Shown here: positions 30,712 through 40,023 of the stretch, piece after piece | Numbering within the stretch: the first letter of the stretch is position 1 | Layout of the letters: each line of letters begins with the position of its first letter | From: an uncultured Desulfarculus sp. | Lineage (GTDB): Bacteria > Desulfobacterota > Desulfarculia > Desulfarculales > Desulfarculaceae | Assembly (NCBI GenBank): GCA_963665125.2 | Contig: CAXXUK010000001.1 | Span: 704,001-768,000, forward strand | Length of the DNA stretch: 64,000 nt | Reading direction: 5' to 3' | Program-made: the position numbers and the translations under genes | The notes under the pieces: model-generated | The model's input: the letters and a program-made list of their open reading frames with translations, nothing else | The model's database searches: none | What the model was told of the DNA's origin: nothing

Positions 30712-31821
30712 TTATTTTGCCGCTCCAGACCCGTTTTGCCACATATTGATTATCAGTGGAGCAATGTGCTCCAAGGGGGCGATTTTTTCGGCGGCTCCTA
30801 TTTCCACGGCAGCTCTGGGCATACCATAGACTACACAGGTTTCTTTGTTTTGGGCAATGGTGTAGGCGCCAGCTTGCCGCAATTCGTTAAGCGCTCTTGC
30901 GCCGTCATCGCCCATGCCGGTCATGATGATGGCCAGGGCATTGGGCCCGGCCGAATTAACACCGGAACGGAACAACACATCCACCGACGGCTTGTGACGG
31001 TTTACCGGAGGGCCGTCCTTTACGGTTACGTAATAGCCCTTGGGGCTGTTCTCCAGGAGCATATGTTTGCCCCCAGGCGCGATCAGGCAGACCCCGGGCG
31101 GAAGCGGCTGGCCGTTGCGGGCCTCTTGAATGGTGATGAGAGACCTTTGATCTAGTCTCTTGGCAAAGGCATCGGTGAAGTTTTCCGGCATATGCTGGAC
31201 CACCGCTATGGGAGGGCTGTCGGCCGGCAATGCGCATAACACCTCTTCCAGTGCCACCGTTCCTCCGGTTGATGCTCCGATCAACACGACCATCGGACCG
31301 CCCTTGCGGGGGGGCGCCGCAGCCAGGGGTACCACCTGGCCCACCGTGAATTTAGGCGGGACCTCAGATATTTTCGCTCCAACGGGCCGACGGAGGGTAA
31401 CCTTGGCGTTGGCGGCGATTCTTACCTTGTTGACGATAAGATTACCCAGCGAATCCAGGTTCTCCCTGAGATTGTGCTGGGGTTTTGGTATGAAATCCAC
31501 CGCTCCAAGGGCAAGGGCCTGGATGGTCGCTTCCGCCCCGTGTTGGGTCTGGCTGGAAAACATGACCACCGGCGTTGGATGGGCGGCCATAAGTTTTTTT
31601 AGAAAATCAAGGCCGTTCATACGCGGCATTTCAATGTCCAGCGTAACTACGTCCGGCCTATATCTTAAAAATTTGTCTCTGGCCAAGAAGGCGTCGGCAG
31701 CGGTCGCCACAACATGGATATCCGGCTCGGCCTCAAGGACTGATCTTAAAAATTCCCTGATAATGGCAGAGTCGTCAACAACTAGTACATTTATCGTTTT
31801 TTTGTGCATACGCACACCCAA
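30712..31821 (-). CDS. cheB: Chemotaxis methylesterase CheB (likely start ATG 31809)
   Basis: REC plus GASTGG, VQHMP, APGGKH, HKPSVD, MTGMGDDG. Confidence 0.96.
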   Translation of the reverse strand: MGVRMHKKTINVLVVDDSAIIREFLRSVLEAEPDIHVVATAADAFLARDKFLRYRPDVVTLDIEMPRMNGLDFLKKLMAAHPTPVVMFSSQTQHGAEATIQALALGAVDFIPKPQHNLRENLDSLGNLIVNKVRIAANAKVTLRRPVGAKISEVPPKFTVGQVVPLAAAPPRKGGPMVVLIGASTGGTVALEEVLCALPADSPPIAVVQHMPENFTDAFAKRLDQRSLITIQEARNGQPLPPGVCLIAPGGKHMLLENSPKGYYVTVKDGPPVNRHKPSVDVLFRSGVNSAGPNALAIIMTGMGDDGARALNELRQAGAYTIAQNKETCVVYGMPRAAVEIGAAEKIAPLEHIAPLIINMWQNGSGAAK

Positions 31822-31835
31822 AGGGCTCCTGAAAA

Positions 31836-32417
31836 TTAAAACAGGGTAAGATCCTGCTGGTCTGATTCATGCGCAATACGACGTTCGTATTTATCTTCTC
31901 TTTCAAGCAGACGACTGGCGTCTTCAGGAATCAATTTCTTGACATAAGCCTTGCCTCCCCTGGGCAAATAAAGAACCTTTCTTCCGAAACGTCCACCGAC
32001 ATTGGAACTTTCCACCGGAATGTTTTCCATTGACAGAAAAGACTTGATGAATTCGATGTTGGCTTGAGGCACGGTTCTGGCGGTGTTGGGCACCGAATTC
32101 AGGACATGAGCGCCTCCGAACACCTTGGCGGCCAAATTGCGACCGCCGCCCATCTTGATGATGTCACCGATCAGAAGTTCCATGGCATACATGCCGTAGC
32201 GGCCGCTGTTGCTGCTTAATACATCGTTGTTCCTGAAATCACCCGGCAGCATGAAATGGTTCATGCCGCCGATATTGGTGTCGACATCTCTAAGACAGAC
32301 ACTAATACACGACCCAAGCAACGTAGCAATGACTTCGTCCTTGTCGGTTACATAGTACTCACCGGGCTGGATAACGACCATTTCCCTGTTGAGTTGTTTG
32401 TGATGCCTTCTAACCAT
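31836..32417 (-). CDS. cheD: Chemoreceptor glutamine deamidase CheD
   Basis: TLLGSCISVC..GGMNHFMLP, AKVFGGA; ATG 32417 lies just after the cheR stop. Confidence 0.94.
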   Translation of the reverse strand: MVRRHHKQLNREMVVIQPGEYYVTDKDEVIATLLGSCISVCLRDVDTNIGGMNHFMLPGDFRNNDVLSSNSGRYGMYAMELLIGDIIKMGGGRNLAAKVFGGAHVLNSVPNTARTVPQANIEFIKSFLSMENIPVESSNVGGRFGRKVLYLPRGGKAYVKKLIPEDASRLLEREDKYERRIAHESDQQDLTLF

Positions 32418-32421
32418 GCTG

Positions 32422-33300
32422 TTAAGTCTTTTGATATGTGGTCGTCGCAACGTAACGAAATAGATCCTTGACCATCATCAGTGATTCCGAATGGCCCATG
32501 AACAAATGCCCATTGGGCTTCAGGACACCATGTATTTTTTTCAGAATTTGGGTTTTGTCTTCATTGTCGAAATAAATCAAGACATTGCGGCAAAATACAA
32601 AATCTATGTCCGGTTTGAGCGGATAGTGCTCACTCATCAGGTTGAACTTCCGGAATGTAACCATCTGGCGCAACTCCGGCGTAACCTTGAAGGTGACGTT
32701 TTCCGCCAAGCGCTGACGAATGAAATATTTGGTCAACAGCCAGGGCGGAACGGGCTCCAGCAAGGATTGATCATATTCTCCCTTGCTCGCCGATGTGAGC
32801 ATTCCGGTGTCGATGTCGGTGGCAAGCACCTTCACGTCCCAACCCGGCCGCGTGGAAAAAAATTCCGCAAGGGTGATAGCCAGCGTATATGGCTCTTCAC
32901 CGGATGAACAACCGGCTGACCATGCCCTGATTTTCCGTTCTCCCGATGCTTCTCCCAGTTGATGCAGAATTGGCAGGACGTCCTCTGCCAATATGTCGAA
33001 GTGGTGTTTTTCTCTGTAAAAATCGGTTTTGTTCGTTGTGATCCGATTGACCATCTGCACTATTTCATCAGCACCAGCCGGTGATTGCAGATAGTTGATG
33101 TACTGCTGAAACGATTCCAGTTTTAGGCTGCGTAAACGTTTGCTGAGTCGGCTGACTACCAGGTCGCGCTTTTGCAAACCAAGGCTTATGCCCGTCTGGG
33201 CCTTTACCAGAAGCCGTATCTGTTCGAATTCATCGTTTGTGAGCTTATAGGATTTCGGCCAAATGATTGCCTTTGAGGGAGGTGTGGAATCATGCTGCAT
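32422..33300 (-). CDS. cheR: Chemotaxis methyltransferase CheR
   Basis: ITTNKTDFYRE, WSAGCSSGEEPYT, ATDID, FCRNVLIYF, GHSES. Confidence 0.96.
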   Translation of the reverse strand: MQHDSTPPSKAIIWPKSYKLTNDEFEQIRLLVKAQTGISLGLQKRDLVVSRLSKRLRSLKLESFQQYINYLQSPAGADEIVQMVNRITTNKTDFYREKHHFDILAEDVLPILHQLGEASGERKIRAWSAGCSSGEEPYTLAITLAEFFSTRPGWDVKVLATDIDTGMLTSASKGEYDQSLLEPVPPWLLTKYFIRQRLAENVTFKVTPELRQMVTFRKFNLMSEHYPLKPDIDFVFCRNVLIYFDNEDKTQILKKIHGVLKPNGHLFMGHSESLMMVKDLFRYVATTTYQKT

Positions 33301-34648
33301 CGCCCATCGCCTCCGGTGCCAGCAGCCGATCCAGTTCCAGCATTATCACGAGATCACCGTTGTGGCGCGTAAGGCCGCTGATATAGTCCCGCTTGATTTT
33401 CCCCGAAAACGCCGGTGGGGCTTGGATTTCGTCGCGGCTGATTTCGGCTACGTCGTTTACTTGATCCACCACGGCGCCAATGATTTTGCTGCCGACGCGC
33501 ACCACGATGATTACCGGTTCGGGGCAGTCGTCGGGCATGTTGAACTTCAGTCGAAGGTCAACCACCGGAACCACCATGCCCCGGAGGTTCATGACACCCA
33601 GCACATGCTCTGGCGTTCGCGGGAGTATGGTCAGGCTGGGAATGCCTATGATTTCCTGCACGGACAAGATGTTGACGCCATATGTTTCCCGGCCCAGGGA
33701 AATCGTTAGATATTCCAGTTTGTTTGCTTCCGACTCTTGTTCTGGTTCATTTTGTGGCCCCACCGGTTGGTGGGGCTTTTCCGTGGCCGCTCTTGTGACC
33801 ACAGGCGGACTGACTGGGCTTTGGGCCGATTGCCGCGGCGTTGCCGTTGGTGTTACAACGGGTTGGATGATATTGACGCCGCCAGGCGAGTCGACAAAAT
33901 CGGCCTGAGTCACCAGATGGAATTCATCCGGCTCAAGCCTCAGCGATGGTGCAAGAAGGTCCGGTTCCAGAACGGTTGAATAAAGCACGTGGCACGTCAC
34001 ATCATCAGCGTAATAATCATTCGGTGCGCCGGTGCTTTCAATATCCACAACCGAGTCTACCAATTCACCCAAAGACAGCAGTTCGTTGACGAGTTGGATA
34101 GGCGTCAGCCCCCGCTTTTCGATCAGCCCGAGTTTCAAGCGAAGGTGATACAAGTTGCCTTGTTTGAATTTCGATTCGAGCACGTACCTGCTGATGGAAA
34201 AGGCCGGCAGGCCGCTTTCCGGCGCCGGGGTGTCCCTGGATTCATACCGGGATTTGATATTATGGTCCACTCCGGCGCTCAGGGCGGCCTCAAGAGCCCT
34301 GATGGGGCCGTCTATGTCAATGGCGTCTTGTTCATTTATGCGCTGAAAGAGCGCCGCCAGCACATCAAGAGATTGCAGTAGTGAATCGGTGACCGGTTGT
34401 ATGGGATCAAGGTCTCCGCCGCGGATCAAATTGAGCAGACCTTCCATTTTTTTGGCGAGGTCTTCGATCTTTCGCAGGCCGATAAAACCGGCACCGCCCT
34501 TTATGGAATGAACCGCCCTGAAGACCGTAGTCGTGGTTTCCGGGTCAGCGGCGCCTTGCTCCAACTTCAATAGGCCGTTCTCCACCTCCGCCAACAGCGT
34601 AGTGGATTCGGCAATGAATTCAGGAACCATATCGTCAAAAGAACTCAT
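33290..34648 (-). CDS. Hpt + P2-like + CheW multidomain protein (no kinase core)
   Basis: N-terminal Hpt FRAVHSIKGGAG, P2-like middle region, Pro-rich linker, C-terminal CheW (GVMNLRGMVVPVVDLR..VDQV). Confidence 0.85.
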   Translation of the reverse strand: MSSFDDMVPEFIAESTTLLAEVENGLLKLEQGAADPETTTTVFRAVHSIKGGAGFIGLRKIEDLAKKMEGLLNLIRGGDLDPIQPVTDSLLQSLDVLAALFQRINEQDAIDIDGPIRALEAALSAGVDHNIKSRYESRDTPAPESGLPAFSISRYVLESKFKQGNLYHLRLKLGLIEKRGLTPIQLVNELLSLGELVDSVVDIESTGAPNDYYADDVTCHVLYSTVLEPDLLAPSLRLEPDEFHLVTQADFVDSPGGVNIIQPVVTPTATPRQSAQSPVSPPVVTRAATEKPHQPVGPQNEPEQESEANKLEYLTISLGRETYGVNILSVQEIIGIPSLTILPRTPEHVLGVMNLRGMVVPVVDLRLKFNMPDDCPEPVIIVVRVGSKIIGAVVDQVNDVAEISRDEIQAPPAFSGKIKRDYISGLTRHNGDLVIMLELDRLLAPEAMGDAA

Positions 34649-34668
34649 ATGCTGCTCCGGACATTCCC

Positions 34669-36723
34669 TCAGGCAAAAGACAGTTTTTCAAGGCCGTGGA
34701 TATCCAAAATCAGGCTGACCCTGCCATCGCCGAGGATGGTTGCTCCGGCAACGCCCTCGATTTTGCGGTAATTTTGCTCCAGGCTTTTGATTACCGCCTG
34801 CTGTTCTCCCAGGATATCATCAACCAGAATGCCGAAGCGTCTGGCCACGCTTTCAATTATCACCACCAGGGCGCCGGTTGGGTCGGTGCGCTGGGTGGGC
34901 AGATTGAGCACGTCGTACAAGCGCACCAGAGGCAGGTATTCTCCCCTGACGGCTATCAGCTCGCCTTGGCCTTCCACGGTCCTGATATCTTCCGGCCTGG
35001 GCCGGATGGACTCCAGGATCGATAAGACCGGCAGAGTAAGGACTTCGTTGCCCACCGTGACCATCATGCCGTCGATAATGGCCAGAGTCAGGGGCAGTTT
35101 GATCCGGAATGTGGTCCCCTGGCCTGCTTCGGTGTCGATTTCCAGTGAGCCGCTCAGGGATTCGATGTTCTTTTTGACAACATCCAGACCAACGCCGCGC
35201 CCGGATACCTCGGTGACGTGGGCGGCCGTGGAAAAACCCGGCAAGAAGATATAGGAAAGCAGTTCGCTTTCACTGACTTGTGTGCCGGGCGCAACAATAC
35301 ATTGCTCGACGGCCTTTTTCAGTAGCGCTTCTTTGTCGATGCCTCTGCCGTCGTCGCTCACTTCTATGATGATCCGGCCTTCCTGTTGGTAGGCGCAGAG
35401 CGTTATGGTTCCGGTTTCCGGTTTGCCCTCGGCCGAGCGCTGCGCCGGTTTTTCCAAACCATGGTCGGCGCTGTTGCGCACAAGGTGCTTAAGCGGATCA
35501 ACGATTTGTTCAATTACGTTCTTATCCAGCTCGGTTTCGGTGCCCAGCATTTCCAGCTTGATTTTTTTTCCAAGTTCAGAGGCCAGGTCGCGCACTACTC
35601 TCTGGAACCGGTTGAAAGTGGCCTCCACGGGCACCATGCGTACGCGCATGATCTGTTCCTGAAGCTCGCGGCTAACATGTTCGAGGGCCTCGACAGCCGC
35701 TTCCATCTCCGGCGCCGCATCGCCGTCGGTCAACTGGCCGACCCTGGCCACGCTGATCACCAGTTCGCCTACCATGTTGACCAGCTTGTCCAGTTTGTCC
35801 GTGTCGACGCGTATGGTTGGGACCGTTTGCGGGACTTTTGAAGAGACCACCGGCTTGGTCGTGGTCAGGGTGGCGGGTGGCTGCACCGGAGCCTTGCCGG
35901 AAGGGGCCGGCGGCACTTGGGCCGCCCGGGGCTCTTCGGGCCTCGGCGGTTCGTGATCCGGCTCGCGAACGGCCTTTGCCTGTACGATCTGGGGGTTGGG
36001 TAGAGATTTTTCGGTGGTCGGTTTGATGGTTATATCGTTGTCGTCCTGGACAAAGATAAACACGTTGTCCAGGCGCGACTTGGGCTCGCGGCTTTCGATC
36101 AGAATTTCCCACCAAAGGTAGAGCTTGCTGGGGTCCAAGTTTTCAAAGGGCGGCAGTTGTTCGCTATGACAGACAGCCTGTTTAATTTCACCGAGGTCTC
36201 CGAGTTCCAATAAAAGCAAAAGCGGGTCGTTTCCCGTGGTGAACAGGTTCTGGTCAAAGCGCATCGTCACTTTATAAAGAGTGGGCACGCCTTCCTGCTG
36301 GTGTTGAAACTCTTCCGGGTGCTCCGTCGCCGGCTGGACGGTGGCAGGGCTTTCCCCTTCCATCAGGCGGCTCAAGGCCGATATGACCTCCGTGGGTGGT
36401 TGGGCTTGGCCGCCTTCCAAATGGCTTGAAATTAGGATCTTCAGGGAGTCCACGGCCGAAAGCAGCAGATCGACGGTATTTTTCTCGGGCTTGCGGCGTC
36501 CCTGGCGCATTTCGTCGAGCACGCCTTCCATGAGGTGGGTCAGATCCAAGACATCGTTGAAACCCACAATGCCCGCGTTGCCCTTCATGGTGTGGGCCGC
36601 CCTGAATATGGCGTTTAGGTTTTCCGGATCGGCGTCCTGTTCCAGGTTGACCAAGCCGTCTTCAAGAGACTCGATAAGTTCCCATGACTCCTCTGCGAAA
36701 ATTTGTAGGAGCTTGTCGTCCAT
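34669..36723 (-). CDS. cheA: Chemotaxis histidine kinase CheA
   Basis: FRAAHTMKG, IRVD..KLDKL.N.VGELVI, HLVRNSADHG, DDGRG, SGRGVGLDVV, LPLTLAI, GATILGDG. Confidence 0.97.
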   Translation of the reverse strand: MDDKLLQIFAEESWELIESLEDGLVNLEQDADPENLNAIFRAAHTMKGNAGIVGFNDVLDLTHLMEGVLDEMRQGRRKPEKNTVDLLLSAVDSLKILISSHLEGGQAQPPTEVISALSRLMEGESPATVQPATEHPEEFQHQQEGVPTLYKVTMRFDQNLFTTGNDPLLLLLELGDLGEIKQAVCHSEQLPPFENLDPSKLYLWWEILIESREPKSRLDNVFIFVQDDNDITIKPTTEKSLPNPQIVQAKAVREPDHEPPRPEEPRAAQVPPAPSGKAPVQPPATLTTTKPVVSSKVPQTVPTIRVDTDKLDKLVNMVGELVISVARVGQLTDGDAAPEMEAAVEALEHVSRELQEQIMRVRMVPVEATFNRFQRVVRDLASELGKKIKLEMLGTETELDKNVIEQIVDPLKHLVRNSADHGLEKPAQRSAEGKPETGTITLCAYQQEGRIIIEVSDDGRGIDKEALLKKAVEQCIVAPGTQVSESELLSYIFLPGFSTAAHVTEVSGRGVGLDVVKKNIESLSGSLEIDTEAGQGTTFRIKLPLTLAIIDGMMVTVGNEVLTLPVLSILESIRPRPEDIRTVEGQGELIAVRGEYLPLVRLYDVLNLPTQRTDPTGALVVIIESVARRFGILVDDILGEQQAVIKSLEQNYRKIEGVAGATILGDGRVSLILDIHGLEKLSFA

Positions 36724-36733
36724 GTGCCTAGCC

Positions 36734-37120
36734 TTAGGTCAAAGACCGGGTGAATTTCCGCACCACAGTTATCAGTGTCTCCGGTTTGAAAGGTTTGACC
36801 AGCCAGCCCGAGGCTCCCGCCTTTTTACCTTCGAGCTTTTTGCTGTCTTCGCGTTCCGTTGTCAGAACCAAGATGGGTACAAATCGAAAATTGGTTTGTT
36901 TTACCTTTTTTATAAACGTGATGCCGTCCATTATCGGCATGTTAACGTCGCTGATGATCATATCGAGTTGTTGGCCGCTATGCTCTATCTTATCCAAGAC
37001 CTCTAGGCCTTGTTTTCCGTCAGTGGCCTGGATAACCGTAAAGCCCGCTGGCGAGAGCGTCATTTCCACTGACATGCGCAATGTCGCGGAATCATCTACC
37101 AGTAAAACCGTTTTATTCAT
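36734..37120 (-). CDS. cheY: CheY-like response regulator
   Basis: Single REC domain: VDDS, DVNMP, LTTE, GW.VKPF. Confidence 0.92.
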   Translation of the reverse strand: MNKTVLLVDDSATLRMSVEMTLSPAGFTVIQATDGKQGLEVLDKIEHSGQQLDMIISDVNMPIMDGITFIKKVKQTNFRFVPILVLTTEREDSKKLEGKKAGASGWLVKPFKPETLITVVRKFTRSLT

Positions 37121-37146
37121 GCCGGCTCCGTGGTTTTTTGACCGTC

Positions 37147-37440
37147 TCAGGTTGCGAGGGAGTCAAACTGGTCCATGAGCCCGGTTATTTTCAGGGCCAT
37201 GGTCATGGGCTCGGAGTATCCGATAATAACAACCGGACCAATCTGCGATCTTGATTGCAGAAATGAAAGAACTGCCTGTAATCCCGCCGTATCAACTTCG
37301 TATACGGCCCTGAGGTCGAGTCTCAGGTCTTCCGCGCTGCTAAGGCCTTTTTGCAGGCAATCTCCCAGGGATTCAAGGTATTGGACCCGCAAATCTCCGG
37401 AAATTATCATCGTATTGTCGGACAACTCGCAACTGAGCAA
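37147..37440 (-). CDS. STAS domain protein (chemotaxis-associated)
   Basis: LDLRAVYEVDTAGLQ; position directly upstream of cheY. Confidence 0.82.
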   Translation of the reverse strand: MLSCELSDNTMIISGDLRVQYLESLGDCLQKGLSSAEDLRLDLRAVYEVDTAGLQAVLSFLQSRSQIGPVVIIGYSEPMTMALKITGLMDQFDSLAT

Positions 37441-37453
37441 AGTTATCTCCCGT

Positions 37454-37789
37454 CTAGCTGATGGCGGAGATGTTGAATATTTTGTCTAGCTTGACCACTT
37501 TGAACATGGTGTAAATATCGTTGGACATGTTTTCGATTTTGATACCGCCGCCGTTGGCGGCCAGGCTCTTATAGAACAGAAGCAGTTTGCCTATACCGGC
37601 ACTGCCTACAAAGGTGACGCCCGTAAAATCGAAAACCACTTCCTTGATTGAGGATACGTCCAATTCCAGAAAGCGGCGCTTCATTTCTTCCGCGCCCCGC
37701 TCGTCAATGCTTCCTGCTATTTCAATACGCACCAGGTCTTCGTTTTGCGTGACCGATATTTCCATGTGCAGCGGACTCCCGGAAATCAT
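37454..37789 (-). CDS. STAS anti-anti-sigma factor (SpoIIAA/RsbV-like; likely start 37765)
   Basis: VVFDFTGVTFVGSAGIGKLL with the conserved phospho-Ser position. Confidence 0.85.
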   Translation of the reverse strand: MISGSPLHMEISVTQNEDLVRIEIAGSIDERGAEEMKRRFLELDVSSIKEVVFDFTGVTFVGSAGIGKLLLFYKSLAANGGGIKIENMSNDIYTMFKVVKLDKIFNISAIS

Positions 37790-37901
37790 TATTTCACAGA
37801 AGACATCCGGGAAGCAGCGCCTGCCGGATGCTACGATTAAACCAATATCATTAATTCTAGTATTAACAGAGGTTGCCGTACCTTGGCAATCAATGGTGGG
37901 A

Positions 37902-38315
37902 CTACTTGCGTAGTTTGTCGTTTAATTCTTTGGCTTCCTGGCGTTTGCGGGCCATTTCCTCTTTCTGGACATCCAGGACATACTGATGGATGCGTTCCCG
38001 GTCTTCATCCCTGATTTTCTTGATTACACCCCGGCTCATCCCTGGTTTGAGTTGAGACAGGGTTTCCAGGATAACCGGCACGGGGGCGTCAATGCCGGTC
38101 ATGACGATCAGGGCCTTGAGCACTTTTCCCACGGGCAGGGGTTTGCTCTGGAACGCCAGGCCCCCCGCGCTGATGTCGACAACATTGAACGTATGGCCTT
38201 CAATGCGGAGATAGACCGGCTTGTCGCTCGGAGGGACTATTCGGTAATAGTTCCTGCGGTCTTCATCAAACTCTATCTCAATGCCTTTTTCTTTATTCTT
38301 CTTGCGGAAAAACAC
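37902..38315 (-). CDS. Stand-alone PilZ domain protein
   Basis: RxxxR (RRNYYR) and DxSxxG (DISAGG) c-di-GMP motifs. Confidence 0.85.
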   Translation of the reverse strand: MFFRKKNKEKGIEIEFDEDRRNYYRIVPPSDKPVYLRIEGHTFNVVDISAGGLAFQSKPLPVGKVLKALIVMTGIDAPVPVILETLSQLKPGMSRGVIKKIRDEDRERIHQYVLDVQKEEMARKRQEAKELNDKLRK

Positions 38316-38488
38316 CTGCTACAACCTCTTGGTCTGTTTGACTTGGCCACAGCGCGGCCTGGTCTGGCATTTCATTGCCGGCCAGGTTGCCCGGGCCCTT
38401 CGGCGGCGCGCAGCCTTTTGTCAGTTTTTTATTTTCCCCCCATATAGGCCGGAAAATTCTTTCCAGCCGTAATCAAAAGCACCCTCGC

Positions 38489-39220
38489 TCAGTTTTTGCG
38501 GGCCTTTTCCAATACAAACTCTACTCGGCGATTAAGCGCCATATTCTTTTCATTGTTGTCAGGCACCAAACGTTGGGTGTCGGCATATCCCGTGGCCGTC
38601 ATTTGACTGGGGTTTACGCCTTGTTCGATCAGCGCGCGTAACACCGATGTGGCGCGCAAAGCGCTGAGTTCCCAGTTGCTGTTGAATTTATCCGTCTGAA
38701 TGGGCCGCGAGTCGGTGTGGCCTTTTACATCCAGCCGGTACCCCTTGTTCTCATTGATTACCTTGGCAACCGCCTTGATAACCGGCAGGGCGCTGCTTTT
38801 TATATCGGATGATCCGGTGTCGAACATGAGCTTGCCCTTGACCCTCAGAATAATTTTGTCCCCTTGGTCAATGACCTCAACAACGTCTTCGATGTTCTTT
38901 TGGTTCAAAGCCTGGCGTACGTCTTTGAGCAGGGGCTCTGTCTCTCTGCCCGTAAGCTGGGAAAGACTCATGTGCTTGGTGTCATGGGCGTCAATTCGTC
39001 CGATACGGCCGCCGGGAGCCACGCTGGCACCCAGGCTGTACTGAATAGAGGTGCGAACCTGCTCAAAGCGTTCCTCGTTCAGAGTGGCCAGCGAAAGCAG
39101 CATGACGAAGAAGGTAAGCAGCAGCGTCACCATGTCGGCATAGGTGATCAGCCATTCCCGGCCCTCCTCGGCGTTGGCCTCCTCTGTTACGGGCATATAT
39201 TCACTTTTTGTTTCCGGCAC
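38489..39220 (-). CDS. motB: Stator protein MotB/PomB
   Basis: WLITYADMVTLLLTFFV; OmpA-like domain GHTD..NWELSALRA..NRRVE. Confidence 0.93.
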   Translation of the reverse strand: MPETKSEYMPVTEEANAEEGREWLITYADMVTLLLTFFVMLLSLATLNEERFEQVRTSIQYSLGASVAPGGRIGRIDAHDTKHMSLSQLTGRETEPLLKDVRQALNQKNIEDVVEVIDQGDKIILRVKGKLMFDTGSSDIKSSALPVIKAVAKVINENKGYRLDVKGHTDSRPIQTDKFNSNWELSALRATSVLRALIEQGVNPSQMTATGYADTQRLVPDNNEKNMALNRRVEFVLEKARKN

Positions 39221-39986
39221 TTATCTTCTCCGGACTATAAGCGTCCCGTTGTTTGGGAGGAATGAACGAACTGAGCTTTTCGTATATGAGCATGGGGTTG
39301 TTGTTGTCGAGAATGCTGACCGCGCCTTCGAATATCAACTCCAGGTTGACAAGCTCGACCATTGTCCTGGATCTCAATTTTCCGGCGATTGGCAGGAAAA
39401 AAAGCGAAGCCAGCAATGATCCGTAAAACGTGGTGATCAGGGCCACGGCCATGGCCGGGCCGATGGTCTCCGGGTCGGACAGCTGGCCAAGCATCTGCAC
39501 CAGGCCGATTAGGGTGCCCAACATGCCAAAGGCCGGAGCATAGGAGCCCATTTTTTTGAAAACATCCTGGGCGTCGGAATGCCTGGCCCGCAGTGCTTCT
39601 ATCTCGATGCGCAGCGTGTGCCTGATGAGATCCTCGGGCGCTCCGTCGGCTATGAGGTTCAATGATTTTTTTAAAATGGCGTCGTTGGTTTTCACCTTGG
39701 ACAGGGCCACCAGGCCCTGGCGCCGGGAAATGTTGGCCAGGGTCAGGATCAGACGGACGACTTGGTTGGGATCGGTGCGGCGGTGGCGAAAGACCTGGCC
39801 CGCGGCCCGGAAGGCATGGATCACGTCGCCGAGGGGAAAGGTAATCAGCGTTGCCGCCAAGGTGCCGCCAAGAACGATCATCATGCTCGGGACACTGACA
39901 AACAATTCCACGCCGCCCTGGCTGATGATAGCCCCGAAAATCAACGCCAGGCCCGAGAAAATGCCCAGTATGGTTGCTATGTCCAT
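39201..39986 (-). CDS. motA: Stator protein MotA/PomA
   Basis: MDIATILG, IVLGGT, APAFGMLGTLIGLVQML, MAVALITTFYG. Confidence 0.93.
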   Translation of the reverse strand: MDIATILGIFSGLALIFGAIISQGGVELFVSVPSMMIVLGGTLAATLITFPLGDVIHAFRAAGQVFRHRRTDPNQVVRLILTLANISRRQGLVALSKVKTNDAILKKSLNLIADGAPEDLIRHTLRIEIEALRARHSDAQDVFKKMGSYAPAFGMLGTLIGLVQMLGQLSDPETIGPAMAVALITTFYGSLLASLFFLPIAGKLRSRTMVELVNLELIFEGAVSILDNNNPMLIYEKLSSFIPPKQRDAYSPEKISAGNKK

Positions 39987-40023
39987 CTACTACTCCTGCC
40001 AGGCGGCCCAATGCTTGTGTTGA

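Noticed and set aside
38365..38380. Sigma54-like TGGCATTTCATTGC
   Set aside because: GG-to-GC spacing is 9 rather than 10 nt, and it points away from the local genes.
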